Assembly: GCF_006345805.1 (NCBI RefSeq)
Contig: NC_042998.1
Span: forward strand, 6,634,001 to 6,698,000
Origin: Octopus sinensis
Lineage: Eukaryota
Length of the DNA stretch: 64,000 nucleotides
Reading direction: 5' to 3'
Shown: piece after piece, positions 24,218 to 37,019 of the stretch
Numbering within the stretch: position 1 is the stretch's first letter
How the letters are laid out: each line of letters begins with the position of its first letter
Program-made: the position numbers and the translations under genes
The notes under the pieces: model-generated
The model's database searches: none
The model's input: only the letters and a program-made list of their open reading frames with translations
Told to the model about the DNA's origin: nothing

Positions 24218-24430
24218 GCTGGTGTCACATAATAGCACTGGTGCTGGTACCACATAAAAAGCATCCAATACACTTTGTAAAGTGGCTGGCATTTAGAAGG
24301 GCATACAGCCATAAAAATTGTACCAAAACAGACAATTGAAGCCTGATGCAGCTCTCCAACTGTCCAGCTCTTGTTAAACACCACCAACCCATGCCAGCAT
24401 GGAAAACAGACATTGAATGATGGCAATGAT
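24218..24430 (+). mobile_element. Old RTE 3' tail
   Basis: tagaagggcatacagcc...ccatgccagcatggaaaacagacattgaatgatg. Confidence 0.75.
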
Positions 24431-27425
24431 GTACCGACTGTGACATGATTTTCAATTTTAGACCCAGTGCTGGCTTTAAGGCATGGGGACACTAAATGAA
24501 TTTATATTCACTTTCTACACAGTGAGGTGCAACTCTACATGTTGTTAGTTTCTAACTATATTTCACTTAAATTCTATTCATTTTTTTTTATTTACATCTG
24601 TAGACAAACACACATACAAATACACTTTTATTGGAGATATTAACCTTACAGAAAATGCAAGCTATTTTAATAATGAGTCTGTTTTTGAAATGTGATCTCA
24701 TTGATTTTTCAATGACGAGTTTCACAAAATGAAGTTTGTGTTTGCAAGTGGGCAGTTGCCCATGAGCCTCATGAGCCTACAGGCCCAATTCTGATCTATG
24801 TATGTTGTGGCTTGCTGTCAACAGATAAATACTATAAGACCTAATGCACTAATTTGCTTTGAGATCTATAATGTTGTTAAGGCAGCCCTGACTAGATTCA
24901 TCCAATTTCAATCTTTTAAGAAAGCCTAACTATACCATTTAACTCCCAGAAATAATAGAAATATGGTTTAAGACCATATCAAGTATTACACCTTTTTCAG
25001 TTTGATATATTCTTGCCCTCTACGTTTTTTTTCTACTGCACCAATTTTCATTTGGTTTACAGAACTAGTCCTTTCATTGGGAGCTTTCAAATAAATATAA
25101 TTATACTAAATATATTATAAAAGCTACAGAGTTATTATGGTTTAAAGCTGAATTTAGAGCTTACTATTATTAATATCCGACCACTTTACTTTTTCTACTG
25201 TACCAATTTTGACTTTATTTCCTCATAACTTATAGAAAAATAAGTATTTTTAATGAAATTTTCTATTAATATTTTTGAGATGGTGTAGATTACAATGATA
25301 TTGGAAGGTAATGTGGAAAAAAAGAAAAAATGTTGGGTGTACATACATACTGACACACATCATATATATAAAACATAATGTGATCTTTTGAAAGAATTGT
25401 GACATATGTGATGTATGTATGTGCACACAATGACCAATTCTTTTTACATTAAATGCCAATATAATCATAATCTACATCATCTTCAATGTATATGTAGGAA
25501 ATTGCATTACAAATAACCATTTTTGTGAGAGGAAACAAAATCAGGCTGTGTGGGGCATGCTTGTGTAGGTATGCCCTTTTCATTTAGATTTTTCTTACTT
25601 AAAGGTAATTTAAACAAAAAACTACAGAAGTAAGAAAAATAATACATCTGAGAAGTTGCATATATGCATTATTCTCCCATCTTTGAGCACATCTCATCAT
25701 AACTTCTTTTACTCCTGTGATATCTCAAACTGTAGTGGAATATGATACTTTTCAATGAACTTAGCTGCCTTAATTTTGGTCTGGAATTAAATTAGACAGA
25801 GGTCATAGAAAAGGTTGGGGTAAAGGATCTAATTTTGATGAGAAATAGTTGTACTTTGTTTGCATTTTATTCTCAATGTTGCCTGCAAGATGACTTTATT
25901 TGGTTCCTATTCTTCAAAATTGCAACTTCTTCATTCACTTCAAACCTGGATTCCCTTGATGCCTATGGGCTCAATTGTTGAGCAGTAATCACAACCAGGT
26001 TTCTTCTTGATAATGAGTAACCTATTGAACTTCTCGGCCATATTCCAGCGATCTGCCAGAGTTCTTCTTTCATCCTTCAGTTTTTGGAATTTTATCACAT
26101 ACAAATATTGAAGTTTGATGTTCAAGAAATTCTTGCTTCCATAAAAGGTTATCACTCATTGAAATTGTTGAAGAATTTTCTTTCATCTTGAGCTCGTCTT
26201 GAATCAGTTATTGAAATTTTTCTTGGAAATTACACTGTTTTCCTGGTGCTTCATTGTTGGAATTTAAACTGTAATTAAGCAATGAAGAAATGCATCAAAG
26301 CCACATAAGCCCTACATGGAAAATTATTAAATGGACATTTATTTTATGGTCAATTAACAGAAGAGTAAATATAATACAGTTCCATGTAAAAACTGTTGTC
26401 ATTTTATTAAATTTTTGTTATTCTTGTCATATGAAAACAAATGAATTCCAAGCATTAAAAGAATAAAATAACCATTTATTACAATGACAATTTGCTAATT
26501 ATATTATTACAAATATACGGATAAATAAAAAAAAAAAGCAGTTCAAAAATTGTTTTGGAGAATTTCAAGGTAAAATGTGCATGTGATCTTGTGGAAATAT
26601 AAATAATCATCCAAAAATATGAACTTAGTTAATTATGAAATTTGCAAAAATATAGTGAAAAAAATTGAAGAAAACAGGTTTTTTTTTTTTTTAAATTTCC
26701 ATTGAAGAATTGGACATGATAAAAAAAGTAACTTGTATTTCAATAGGCTTTTGGTAAAATGCCAAAATAGGAGTATACAAAGAAATTCAGAGGTTGTTTG
26801 AGGGATTTCAATGTAGAAACAAGAGAAAATAACTTGAAAAATAAAGTTTTCCTTTTTAATTTCAATTAAAGTATAATTGCATGTTGAAAAAGGCTACTTG
26901 TATCTCAACAGGTTTTTTGTAAAATGCTAGAAAGCAAGAAGACAGAAATTCAGAAGTCGTTTTAAGAATTTCAACACAAAAAATATAGGTTTTATTTTTA
27001 TTTTTTTAACCTTCTTCTGAAGAATGATGCATGTTAGAATAAGCTACTTGTATTTCAACAATTTTCCATTAAAATGTTAGAATACTATCAGACAAAGAAA
27101 TTCAAGAGAAATTTGCATGTAACTTAATACAAATTCAAATATTAATAGTAATTATAAAAAAAAAATGCGAACAAAATGAAAAATACTTGTACAAAATATT
27201 GTCAAAGGACATGAAAATTATTTTTAACTTCTTCCATTGATGACAGGAGAATCATGGCATGTCAGTTTTGGAGAGTTCTTGATTTGTGAGATTATCTCTC
27301 CTTCTTCTATAGAGCTGGTCTCAATTGCCATTTGGTAATTGCGACATACCCTCTAAAGCTGGAGAGAATTTTAATAAATCAAAAACTTATGTTGTATGGT
27401 ATTTGATATATATATATATATATTT

Positions 27426-27750
27426 TTTTTACGTGCCACTGGCACAGGTGCCAGGGGAGGATGGCAGCGGCCATGATCGGTTGGTGCTTTTTTTTTTTCC
27501 ATGCCGGTGGTACGTAAAAGGCATCAACCAATTGTGGCCACTGTCAACCTTGCCTGGCACCAGTGCAGGTGGCACGTAAAAAGCACCCACTACACTCACG
27601 GAGTGGTTGGCGTTAGGAAGGGCATCCAACTGTAGAAACACTACCAGATCAGACTGGAGCCTGGTGCAGCCTCCTGGCTTCCCAGACCCCGGTCGAATCA
27701 TCCAACCGTTGCTAGCATGGAAAACAGACGTTAAATGATGATGATGATGC
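27426..27750 (+). mobile_element. RTE 3' tail with inverted 5' segment
   Basis: 27426-27491 is the reverse complement of 27516-27582, followed by the normal 3' end and (GAT)n. Confidence 0.8.
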
Positions 27751-27859
27751 ATTTAAGGGTATGTCTGATCATAGAGACCAATGATTTTGCATCCACAAAG
27801 CACTTAGCTCTACGGATGACTCAGCAAACTCTAATGGCGAATATATTCATCTTTTACTT

Positions 27860-28142
27860 GTTCTTATTTTGTCAGTCTCTTTTGCTGAACTGCTAAATTA
27901 CAAGGATATAAACACACCACCACTGGTTGTCAAGTAGTGGTGTGGAACAAACACACAGAGATACATACACATAGATATATATATGGGATTCTTTCAGTTT
28001 CCATCTGCCAAATCCATTCATAAGGCTTTGGTTGGTCCAAGGCTTTAGTAGAAGACACTTGCTCAAGGTGCTCTGCTGTGGAACTGAACCCAGAACCATG
28101 TGGTTGGGAAGTAAGTTTCTTACCACACAGCTACGCCTGCAC
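27860..28142 (-). mobile_element. SINE family A (degenerate)
   Basis: ttttgctgaactgctaa...gaactgaacccagaaccatgtgg...ccacacagc. Confidence 0.8.
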
Positions 28143-28353
28143 CTATATATATATGTGTGTGTGTGTGTGTCTGCAATTTTCTGCTTGATCTTAAGCTTGA
28201 TGTTCTGCTGGTCTTTCAATGATTCTATATATTCAGACATTCAGACAAGCTGGTGTTTACTTTTCTGCTCATGTTTCTGAATGAATAGATATCCTGTTAG
28301 AATCGAGATTTCAAAGTGTTCTTGGTTAAGCCAGTGTAAGATTTGGGTATGAT

Positions 28354-28443
28354 ATTAATGCTGTTGAACACATTAAGGCATACAAGCAGCAGAAGAACTA
28401 CAACTTGTGCTCTGTGGAGAAGACGGCTACACTACCCATATAA
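28354..28443 (+). mobile_element. Possible Penelope GIY-YIG C-terminal remnant
   Basis: INAVEHIKAYKQQKNYNLCSVEKTATLPI* resembles the Y...C.LC..EK motif that ends Penelope ORFs. Hammerhead-like motifs lie downstream. Confidence 0.4.
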
Positions 28444-28830
28444 GTTCCACCTTAAGATTTATACTGGAACTAATATATACATGCATGAATACATACATGT
28501 ATGTTTATATTTTTGCATGTGTATGTATATAAGTATAAATGCATTTTAACCCACCATGGAATGTTCTGAAGTATAATCTGTTGATTATGTTACTGCACAG
28601 TTATAGTTATGGATATAGACACACACACACACACACATACATATATATATATTCATATACGGATATATATATTCATATATATATATATATATATAAGTCA
28701 TGCTCATAATTTTCCTTAATATTGTTAAATCTTATCAATTATTTATATTGATTGAATGAATATGTACCGCCGTAGCTAGTATAAAGTATAGTGTAATTAT
28801 AACGTCTTCATCTATGTTGTAAATTTATTT

Positions 28831-28949
28831 AATGATATTGAGACCTGAAGAGTGGCTATGTATCGTTGGATCAAAGAAATATTAATTTTTGATTATCGAT
28901 TTTGATATTGTAGATTCGTATACATAGTCATGAAATGCACGTTGTCATT
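28831..28949 (+). ncRNA. Degenerate hammerhead ribozyme motif
   Basis: CTGAAGA (28845-28851), stem II gtggctatgtat/atacatagtcat, GAAA (28932-28935), then TGCAC GTTGTCATT. The U of the cleavage triplet is missing and stem I is imperfect. Confidence 0.5.
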
Positions 28950-30004
28950 TTAATGTGTATTTTTATGTATGTTATTTAGTATAGAAATTTTTAGCACGAT
29001 ATTAATAATAAAGTCGTTTTAATGTGTAGAAATTTTTAGTACAACATTAATAAAAATATATTTAAATTTATATGATATCTTTTAGTATTATTTGAATTAC
29101 TTTATGGAGGTTCTATCTCTTAATTCTATATATATATATATATATATATAATGGGGAAATTGTACAAAATGTATAAATGGATGATCAGTAAAGAACTAGC
29201 ACAGTTTTGATTACCTGTTGGTATCTGTAGACTTGCTGCAGGAACTTTGCAGGAGCAGTTGGGTAACAGTATTAATAAAGTAGGAGAAGGAATGTGTAAT
29301 AGACTTTATTGGGTACAACACATGTTTTGACCCATTCTGGGTATCTTTGGGTACATTAATAAAAAGTCTCACTAGAGATTTCCTGAGTTGGTTTATGTAC
29401 CACTATACATCCATCAAATTCGAGAATGCATAAAATCAGAGAAAAATTATTGAAATGCTAAAATTTCAAATATGAACATGGAAAGTATATGTTCTAGTTT
29501 AGAGAAAATGACATAATCAGCTTTCACTGGAAGTAGAAGCTGAAAGGAAGATAATACACACACACTCACTTTCACACACATGCACATACGCACACACATA
29601 CACACATATGAGCATTGTAGTTCACTTGAAGCATCATAGAAGTAGAAAATGAAAGAAAAGAGGAGATAAGGAAAGTTACTAACCATGCAGAAAGTTTTAC
29701 AAAAAGGACTTTTTTATATTAACAGTTATCGCCAAGCTAATATGGCAATCCATAAGTATAGGACAAAAGCTGCTGTTGATTAGCTCCAAGAGGCCATTGC
29801 CTCTAGCTAGCTATGTGACACATGAACCTGTGTCCATTATAACCTTCGAACAGGGGAGGTCAGCTGTTTCCCCTTGCTGGTTAGGCATCTGCAGACATGT
29901 TCCAGGGTATTGCCCTTTATATTTTGAGCACAGAGGACTATCTTCTGAAGGGAGCAGTCTAAGAAATGTGTATTTACATTGATTTCATTATTTTTTTTAA
30001 AACA

Positions 30005-30231
30005 GGCGAGCTGGCAGAAACGTTAGCACGCCGGGCGAAATACTCAGCAGTATTTCGTCTGTCATTATGTTCTGGGTTCAAACACCGCCGAGGTCGACTT
30101 TGCCTTTCATCCTTTCGGGGTCGATAAATAAAGTACCAGTTGCGCACTGGGGTCGATGTAGTTGACTTAATCCCTTTGTCTGTATTTGTTTGTCCCCTCT
30201 ATGTTTAGCCCCTTGTGGGCAATAAAGAAAT
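30005..30231 (+). mobile_element. SINE family B
   Basis: ggcgagctggcagaaacgttagc head through gggcaataaagaaat tail. Confidence 0.9.
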
Positions 30232-30739
30232 ATATTTTTTTTAAAACTACTCAACACTTGGTTTAGCAGCAGCAGCAACTGTCCATCTGCTGGACATGGT
30301 TGTTGGGACGTATTTTCCCATGGTGGTGGCAGTGGTGGTGGAAGATTGGCGGTGGTGACATATGTTATGATGTTGGTTGCTGTCACTGTGGTGTATTCAC
30401 GGGAGCCATCAGCCCATCTCCAATCGACTATTGATATATGGATGACAGATGATGTGGTGCTTATGTAACTAACACAGATTATGAAACAGCTGTCAACTAA
30501 TGGATTGTCTCACTTCACTTTTATTATCTAGTCAATTAATATATGTGTGTAGATATATTTCTATATATGTATGTATAGAGAAGATCCGCCTACCTCAGTG
30601 AAACTGAGTTCAGGAGGAAGTGGTGTATGTTCTGCCCACATGTAGTATAAAATTTTTTTCATACCCTACCCCAATAAACCAAACTACATTTCCTCTCCTA
30701 CATGCACTATGTTTATCTCTCCCTCTCCACTCCTGCAAC

Positions 30740-31150
30740 TTAATACACACACACACATATATGCATGTATGTACTTATATATATATGTATATATATTTGT
30801 ATGTATGTATGTATGTGTATGTATGTATGTATGTATGTATATATATATATGTATGTATGTATATATATATTTGTATGTATGTATATATATATTTGTATGT
30901 ATGTATATATATATTTGTATGTATGTATGTATATATATATTTGTATGTATGTATGTATATATATATTTGTATGTATGTATATAGATATATTTGTATGTAT
31001 GTATATATATATATTTGTATGTATGTATATATATATATTTGTATGTATGTATGTATATGTATATATAAACACACACACACACACACACACAACACACACA
31101 TACACACACACACACACAACACACACATATATATGTATGTATATGTATAT
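30740..31150. repeat. TATG/TA/CA microsatellite
   Basis: Directly visible. Confidence 0.95.
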
Positions 31151-31249
31151 AGGTACAGGAATGGCTGCATGGTAAGAAGCTGCTTTCCAACCACATGGTT
31201 CTGGGTTCAGTTCCACTGTGCGGCACATTGGGCAGGGCCCTTTACTATA

Positions 31250-31478
31250 TATTTCTTTACTACCCACAAGGGGCTAAACACAGAGAGGACAAACAAAGAC
31301 AGACAAAGGGATTAAGTTGATTACATCGACCCCATTGCGTAACTGGTACTTAATTTATCGACCCCGAAAGGATGAAAGGCAAAGTCGACCTCAGCGGAAT
31401 TTGAACTCACAATGTAACGGCAGACAAAATACGGCTACGCATTTCGCCCGGCGTGCTAACGTTTCTGCCAGCTTGCCA
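31250..31478 (-). mobile_element. SINE B inserted in a SINE A head, 12-bp TSD
   Basis: TSD ccctttactata at 31238-31249 and 31479-31490. Confidence 0.9.
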
Positions 31479-31520
31479 CCCTTTACTATAGCTTTTGGCT
31501 GACTGAATGTATATATATAT

Positions 31521-31935
31521 CATCATCATCGTTTAGCATCCGTTTTCCATGCTAGCATGGGTTGGACGGGTCAACTGGGGTCTGTGAAGCTGGAAGGCTT
31601 CGTCAGGCCCAGTCAGATCTGGCAGTGTTTCTACGGCTGGATGCCCTTCCTAACGCCAACCACTCCGCGAGTGTAGTGGGTGTTTTTTACGTGCCACCTG
31701 CACAGGTGCCAGACAGAGCTGGCGAACGGCCACGAACGGATGGTGCTTTTACGTGTCACCGGCGCGGGGCCAGGCGATGCTGGCAATGGACACGAACGGA
31801 TGGTGCTTTTACGTGCCACCGACACGGTTGCCAGACAGAGTTGGCAAACGGCCATGAACGGATGGTGCTTTTACGTGTCACCGGCACGGGGGCCAGCCGA
31901 GGCTGGCAACGGACGCGAACAGATGGTGCTTTTAC
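31521..31935 (-). mobile_element. RTE 3' UTR copy flanked by (TA)n on both sides
   Basis: catcatcatcgtttagc tail, four ~60-bp internal repeats, TA runs at 31510-31520 and 31936-31946. Confidence 0.85.
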
Positions 31936-31945
31936 TATATATATA

Positions 31946-34900
31946 TCATCATCATCATCATTTAACGTCCGCTTTCCATGCTAGCATGGGTTGGACGGTT
32001 CAACTGGGGAGCCCGAAAGCTGCACCAGTCCAGTCAATCTGGCAGTGTTTCTACAGCTGGATGCCCTTCCTAACGCCAACCACTCTGAGAGTGTAGTGTG
32101 TGTGATTTTATGTGCCACCGAACAGGTGCCAGACGAGGCTGGCAAACGGCCACGCTCGGATGGTGTTTTTTGTGCCACCGACACAGGTGCCAGACGAGGC
32201 TGGCAGACGGCCACGCTAGGATGGTGTTTTTATGTGCCACCGACACAGGTGCCAGACGAGGCTGGCAGATGCCACGCTCGGATGGTGTTTTTATGTGCCA
32301 CCGACACAGGTGCCAGATGAGGCTGGCAAACGGCCACGATCGGATGGTGCTTGTTACGTGCCCACAGCACGGAGGCCAGTCGATGCGGTACTGGCTACGG
32401 CCACGTTCGGATGGTTTTCTTATGTGCCACGTGCCACCGGCACTGGTACCACAAAGATACAAATTCCATTGATGTTCATCTATTTTGATTTGTTTTGATT
32501 TTCACTTGCCTCAACCGGTCTTCACAAGTGTCACAAGAAGGAAGGAAGGTATGCACAGGTGGACTGACTAGTCTTGCCGGGTCTTCGGAAGGTGTTTTTA
32601 TGTGCCACCGACACAGGTGCCAGATGAGGCTGGCGAACGGCCATGATCGGATGGTGTTTGTTACGTGCCCACAGCACGGAGGCCGGCGGGGCGGAACTGG
32701 CTACGGCCACGTTCGGATGGTTCTCTTGTGTGCCACCGGCACTGGTACCACAAAGATACAGATTCCATTGATGTTCATCTATTTTGATTTGTTTTGATTG
32801 ATTTTCACTTGCCTCAACAGGTCTTCACAAGTGTCACAAGAAGGAAGGTATGCACAGGTGGACTGACTACGTCCCAGGTAGGGGCCATGGGTTATGGCCT
32901 GACTAGTCTTGCCGGGTCTTCGGATGTGTTTTTATGTGCCACCAACACAGGTGCTAGATGAGGCTGGATGGTGTTGTCATGTGCCCACAGCACGGAGGCC
33001 AGTCGATGCGGTACTGGCTACGGCCACTTTCGGATGGTTTTCTTGTTGTGTGCCACCGGCAATGGTACCACAAAGATACAAATTCCATTGATGTTCATCT
33101 ATTTTGATTTGTTTTGATTTGATTTTGATTTTGATTTTCACTTGCCTCAACAGGCTTCACAAGTATCACAAGGAGGAAGGTATGCACAGGTGGACTGACT
33201 ACGTCCCAGGTAGGGGCCATGGTTATGGCCTGACTAGTCTTGCCGGGTCTTCGGAAGGTGTTTTTTGTGCCACCGACACAGGTGCTAGATGAGGCTGGCG
33301 AACGGCCACGACCGGATGGTGTTTGTTATGTGCCCACAGCACGATGGCCAGTGATGCGGTACTGACTACGGCCATGTTCGGATGGATTCTTGTGTGCCAC
33401 CGGCACTGGTACCACAAGCGGTACTGACTACGGCCACGTTCGGATGGATTCTTGTGTGCCACCGGCACTGGTACCACAAGCGGTACTGACTATGGCCACG
33501 TTCGGATGGATTCTTTGTGCCACCGGCACTGGTACCACAAGGATACAAATTCCATTGATGTTCATCTATTTTGATTTGTGTTTTTGATTTTGATTTGATT
33601 TTCACTTGCCTCAGCAGGTCTTCACAAGTGTCACAAGAAGGAAGGTATGTACAGGTGGACTGACTACGTCCCAGGTAGGGCCCACGGGTTATGACCTGAC
33701 TAGTCTTGCCGGGTCTTCGGATGGTTGTTTTATGTGCCACCATGTTCCCACAGCACGGAGGCCAGTCGAGTCGATGCGGTACTGGCTACGGCCACGTTCG
33801 GATGGTTTTCTTGTGTGCCACAGGCACTGGTACCACAAAGATACAAATTCCATTGATGTTCATCTATTTTGATTGATTTTCACTTGCCTCAGCAGGTCTT
33901 CACAAGTGTCACAAGAAGGAAGGTATGCACAGGTGGATCGACTACGTCCCAGGTAGGGGCCACGGGATATGGCCTGACTAGTCCTGCCGGGTCCTCTCAT
34001 GCACAGCACACTTCCATAGGACTCGGTCTTCAGTCATTTCCTTGGTGAGACCTAAAGTTCGAAGGTCGTGCTTCACCACCTCGTCCCAGGTTTTCCTGGG
34101 TCTACCTCTTCCACAGGTTCCCTCAACTGCTAGGGTTGTAGCACTTTTGCACACAACTATCTTCAGCCATTCTCGTCACATGACCATACCAGCGCAGCCG
34201 TCTCTCTTGCACACCACAACTGACACTTCTTAGGTTCAACTTTTCTCTCAAAGTACTTACACTCTGACGATTATGAACACTGACATTACACTCCATCGGA
34301 GCATACTGGCTTCATTTCTTGCAAGCTTACGCATATCCTCAGCTGTCACGGCCCATTTCACTACCATGTAGCATGGCTGTACGTACACACGCATCATATA
34401 GTCTGCCTTTTACTCTTAGCGAGAGGTTTTGTCACCAGCAGGGGTAAGAGCTCTCTAAACTTTGCCCAGGCTATTCTTACTCTAGCAGTTACACTTTCAG
34501 CACACCCACCCCCGCTACTGACTTGGTCTCCTAGGTAGCGGAAGCTATCAACTACTTCTAGTTTGTCTCCCTGGAACGTGGTAGAAGTTGGTCTCTGCAC
34601 ATTTCCAGTGTTTATTTCTCCTGAGCATCTGCCACAGACAAAAACTATTTTCTTAGTTAGCCTTCCTTTGACATTGCTGCACCTCTTATGTGTCCATAGC
34701 TTACACTTGGTGCACCTTATAGAGTTTCTACCTACACCTTTTTTACAGATCGAGCAGGGCCATCTACCTGAAGTCGTTTGTGGTTGGTCCACCTTCCTAC
34801 TTATTAGGACTTTGGTTTGGCTAGGTTGATTCTAAGGCCCTTCGATTCTAATCCTTGTTTCCACACCTGAAACTTCTCCTCCAGTTCTGATAGTGACTCA

Positions 34901-35253
34901 GCAATTAGAGCAAGGTCATCAGCATATAGGAGCTCCCAGGGCATCCTGTCTTAAATTCTTCCGTTATTGCCTGGAGGACTATGATATAGGAGGGGGCTGA
35001 GGACTGAACCTTGGTGGACCCCAACCTCTACCCGGAATTCTTCACTGTACTCGTTGCCAACCCTCACCTTACTAGCTGCGTCTCTGTACATGGCTCGCAC
35101 AGCTCTCACTAACCATTCATCTATCCCTAGTTTCCTCATTGACCACCAGATAAGGGATCGGGGGACCCTGTCAAAGGCTTTCTCTAAGTCAACAAAAGCC
35201 AGGTACAAGGGCTTACCTTTGGCTAGGTATTTCTCCTGCAGCTGTCTTACCAG

Positions 35254-35257
<4 letters not shown>
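31946..35257 (-). mobile_element. Young 5'-truncated RTE LINE: RT, PHD-like finger, C-terminus, tandemly expanded 3' UTR
   Basis: IFLVRQLQEKY, YLAFVDLEKAFDRVPR, GVHQGSVLSPLL, CPWELLYADDL (YADD at 34915-34926), GRWPCSICKKGVGRNSIRCTKCKLWTHKRC...FVCGRC, RIAWAKFRELLPLL, GRGRPRKTWDEVVKHDL. Few frameshifts. Confidence 0.95.
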
Positions 35258-35298
<41 letters not shown>

Positions 35299-35319
35299 CA
35301 TGTCTTCTTATCTATTTTT

Positions 35320-35520
35320 GTTTGTCTTCTACCGCTTGACAACCAGTGTTGTTGTATTTACATCCCCATAACTTAGAGGTTTGACAAATGAAACTGATAG
35401 AATATATACCAGGCTTCAAATAAATAAGTAGTGGGGTCAATTCGTTTGGCTAGAATTCTTCAAAGGGGTGCCCCAGCATGGCCACTGTCTAATGACTGAA
35501 ACAAGTAAAAGATAAAAAGG
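35320..35520 (+). mobile_element. SINE family A, 3' half
   Basis: cgcttgacaaccagtg...atgactgaaacaagtaaaagat. Confidence 0.75.
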
Positions 35521-35584
35521 TAGATATGTAAATGAGCTTGCAGAAGTGGGTAGTTTCTGGGGGTAGTGTCAAGAGTCATCAACA

Positions 35585-35830
35585 CCATCATCATCATTTA
35601 AAGTCCTCCTTCCATGCTGGAATTGGTTGGATGCTTTGGCGGGAGCTGACCTGGTAGGGGCCTGCACCAGACTTCTGTGTCTGTTTTGGCAAGGTTTTTA
35701 TGGCTGGATGCCCTTCCTAACACCAACCACCCAGCAGAGTGGACTGAGTGCTTTTTATGCAGGGTCACCAAGTAACTTGCAAGACAAAAGTCCCTTGAGA
35801 GGGAGGGGGCATTGGAGAAGGTGATCTTGT
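35585..35830 (-). mobile_element. Old RTE 3' tail
   Basis: catcatcatcatttaaagtcc...ggatgcccttcctaacaccaacc. Confidence 0.7.
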
Positions 35831-36719
35831 GGCAGATGATGAAAGGTTATGTGAGACAGAGTCACAGAAACAGGTGTCTTGCTGTGGGGGATGTATATGC
35901 TTACCTGGCCAGTGTGAGAAGGAGGGAGAGAGAGAGAGCATATTAGAGAGGGAGAAAGAAAATGAGGAGAGGAACTGTTGAGCTGCTGTAAAGTAGATAC
36001 ATGGTTACCCGACCTGAGGGAAAAGCAGGAAGAAAGAGAGTGGGGGGAGACAGCAGGGGTGCAAGAAAAAACAGGAGATAGGTGGGGGCAAAATGCTGGG
36101 CATACACAAAACTGACGGGGATCAGAATATAAATGAGATGGTTGAGTAATCAAAATTTAAACGAGATGATCAAGTAAAAGAAGAGAGAGAGAGAGAGAGA
36201 GGCTGACCATGAAAATATTTTGCCAATTTCAGCCCAAGAGGTCATTGCTTCACCGGTTACTTGGTGACATTTATGGTGCTAATGCCTCATAAAAAGCAGC
36301 CAAGACACTCTGTAAAGTGGTAGGTGTTAAGAAGGGCATCCGGAATGTCAGGTTTGGTGCAGTCTTCTGACTCACCAGCCCCTGTCAAATCATCCAATCC
36401 AATCTCAGAATGGAAAATGGACATTATATGATAAGGACAATGCATAAATTTTATCTTTTATCTCTTACTTGTTTCAATCATTAAACCATGGCCATGCTGG
36501 GGCAGCTCTTTGAAGGATTTTAGTTGAAGGAATCAACCCCGGTGCTTGCTTTTAAAAGCTTGACACTTATTCTATTCATCTTTTTACCAAACTACAAGTT
36601 ACAGGGATGTAAACACACCAACACCGGTTGTGTCTACACAACCTCACAATCGTCAGCTCGACGCTCCAACCACTGAGCCATGCACCTTCACACACACACA
36701 CACACACACATATATTTAA

Positions 36720-37017
36720 GACCCATCAAGCTGAGTAAAATCGCAGTCGTGGTAGATACCTGTGTCACACAAACTGGTACCCATGCTGCTGGCATGTAAA
36801 CACACCCCGGTGTCATGCAAATGGCACTCATACTGGGGGTGTGTAAAAGCACCCATTACACCCTCAGAGGAGTTGGTGTTAGGAAGGGCATCCAGCCATA
36901 GGAAACCATGCCAAATCAAATTGGAGTGTCTGGTGCATTCTTCCAGTGTGCCAGCCCAGTCAAACCATCCATACCATGCCAACATGGACAACGGACATCA
37001 AATGATGATGATGATGA
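36720..37017 (+). mobile_element. RTE 3' tail (another old copy at ~36240-36435)
   Basis: gagttggtgttaggaagggcatccagcc...atgatgatgatgatgat. Confidence 0.8.
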
Positions 37018-37019
37018 TA

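Noticed and set aside
25920-26280. Protein-like composition on both strands
   Set aside because: Multiple stops in every frame and no family I can recognise; possibly an old fossil, but unsupported.
32100-34010. Repeat-spacer appearance suggestive of a CRISPR array (also 7746-8520)
   Set aside because: The intervening sequences are themselves repeated, the context is eukaryotic retroelement DNA, and there are no cas genes.
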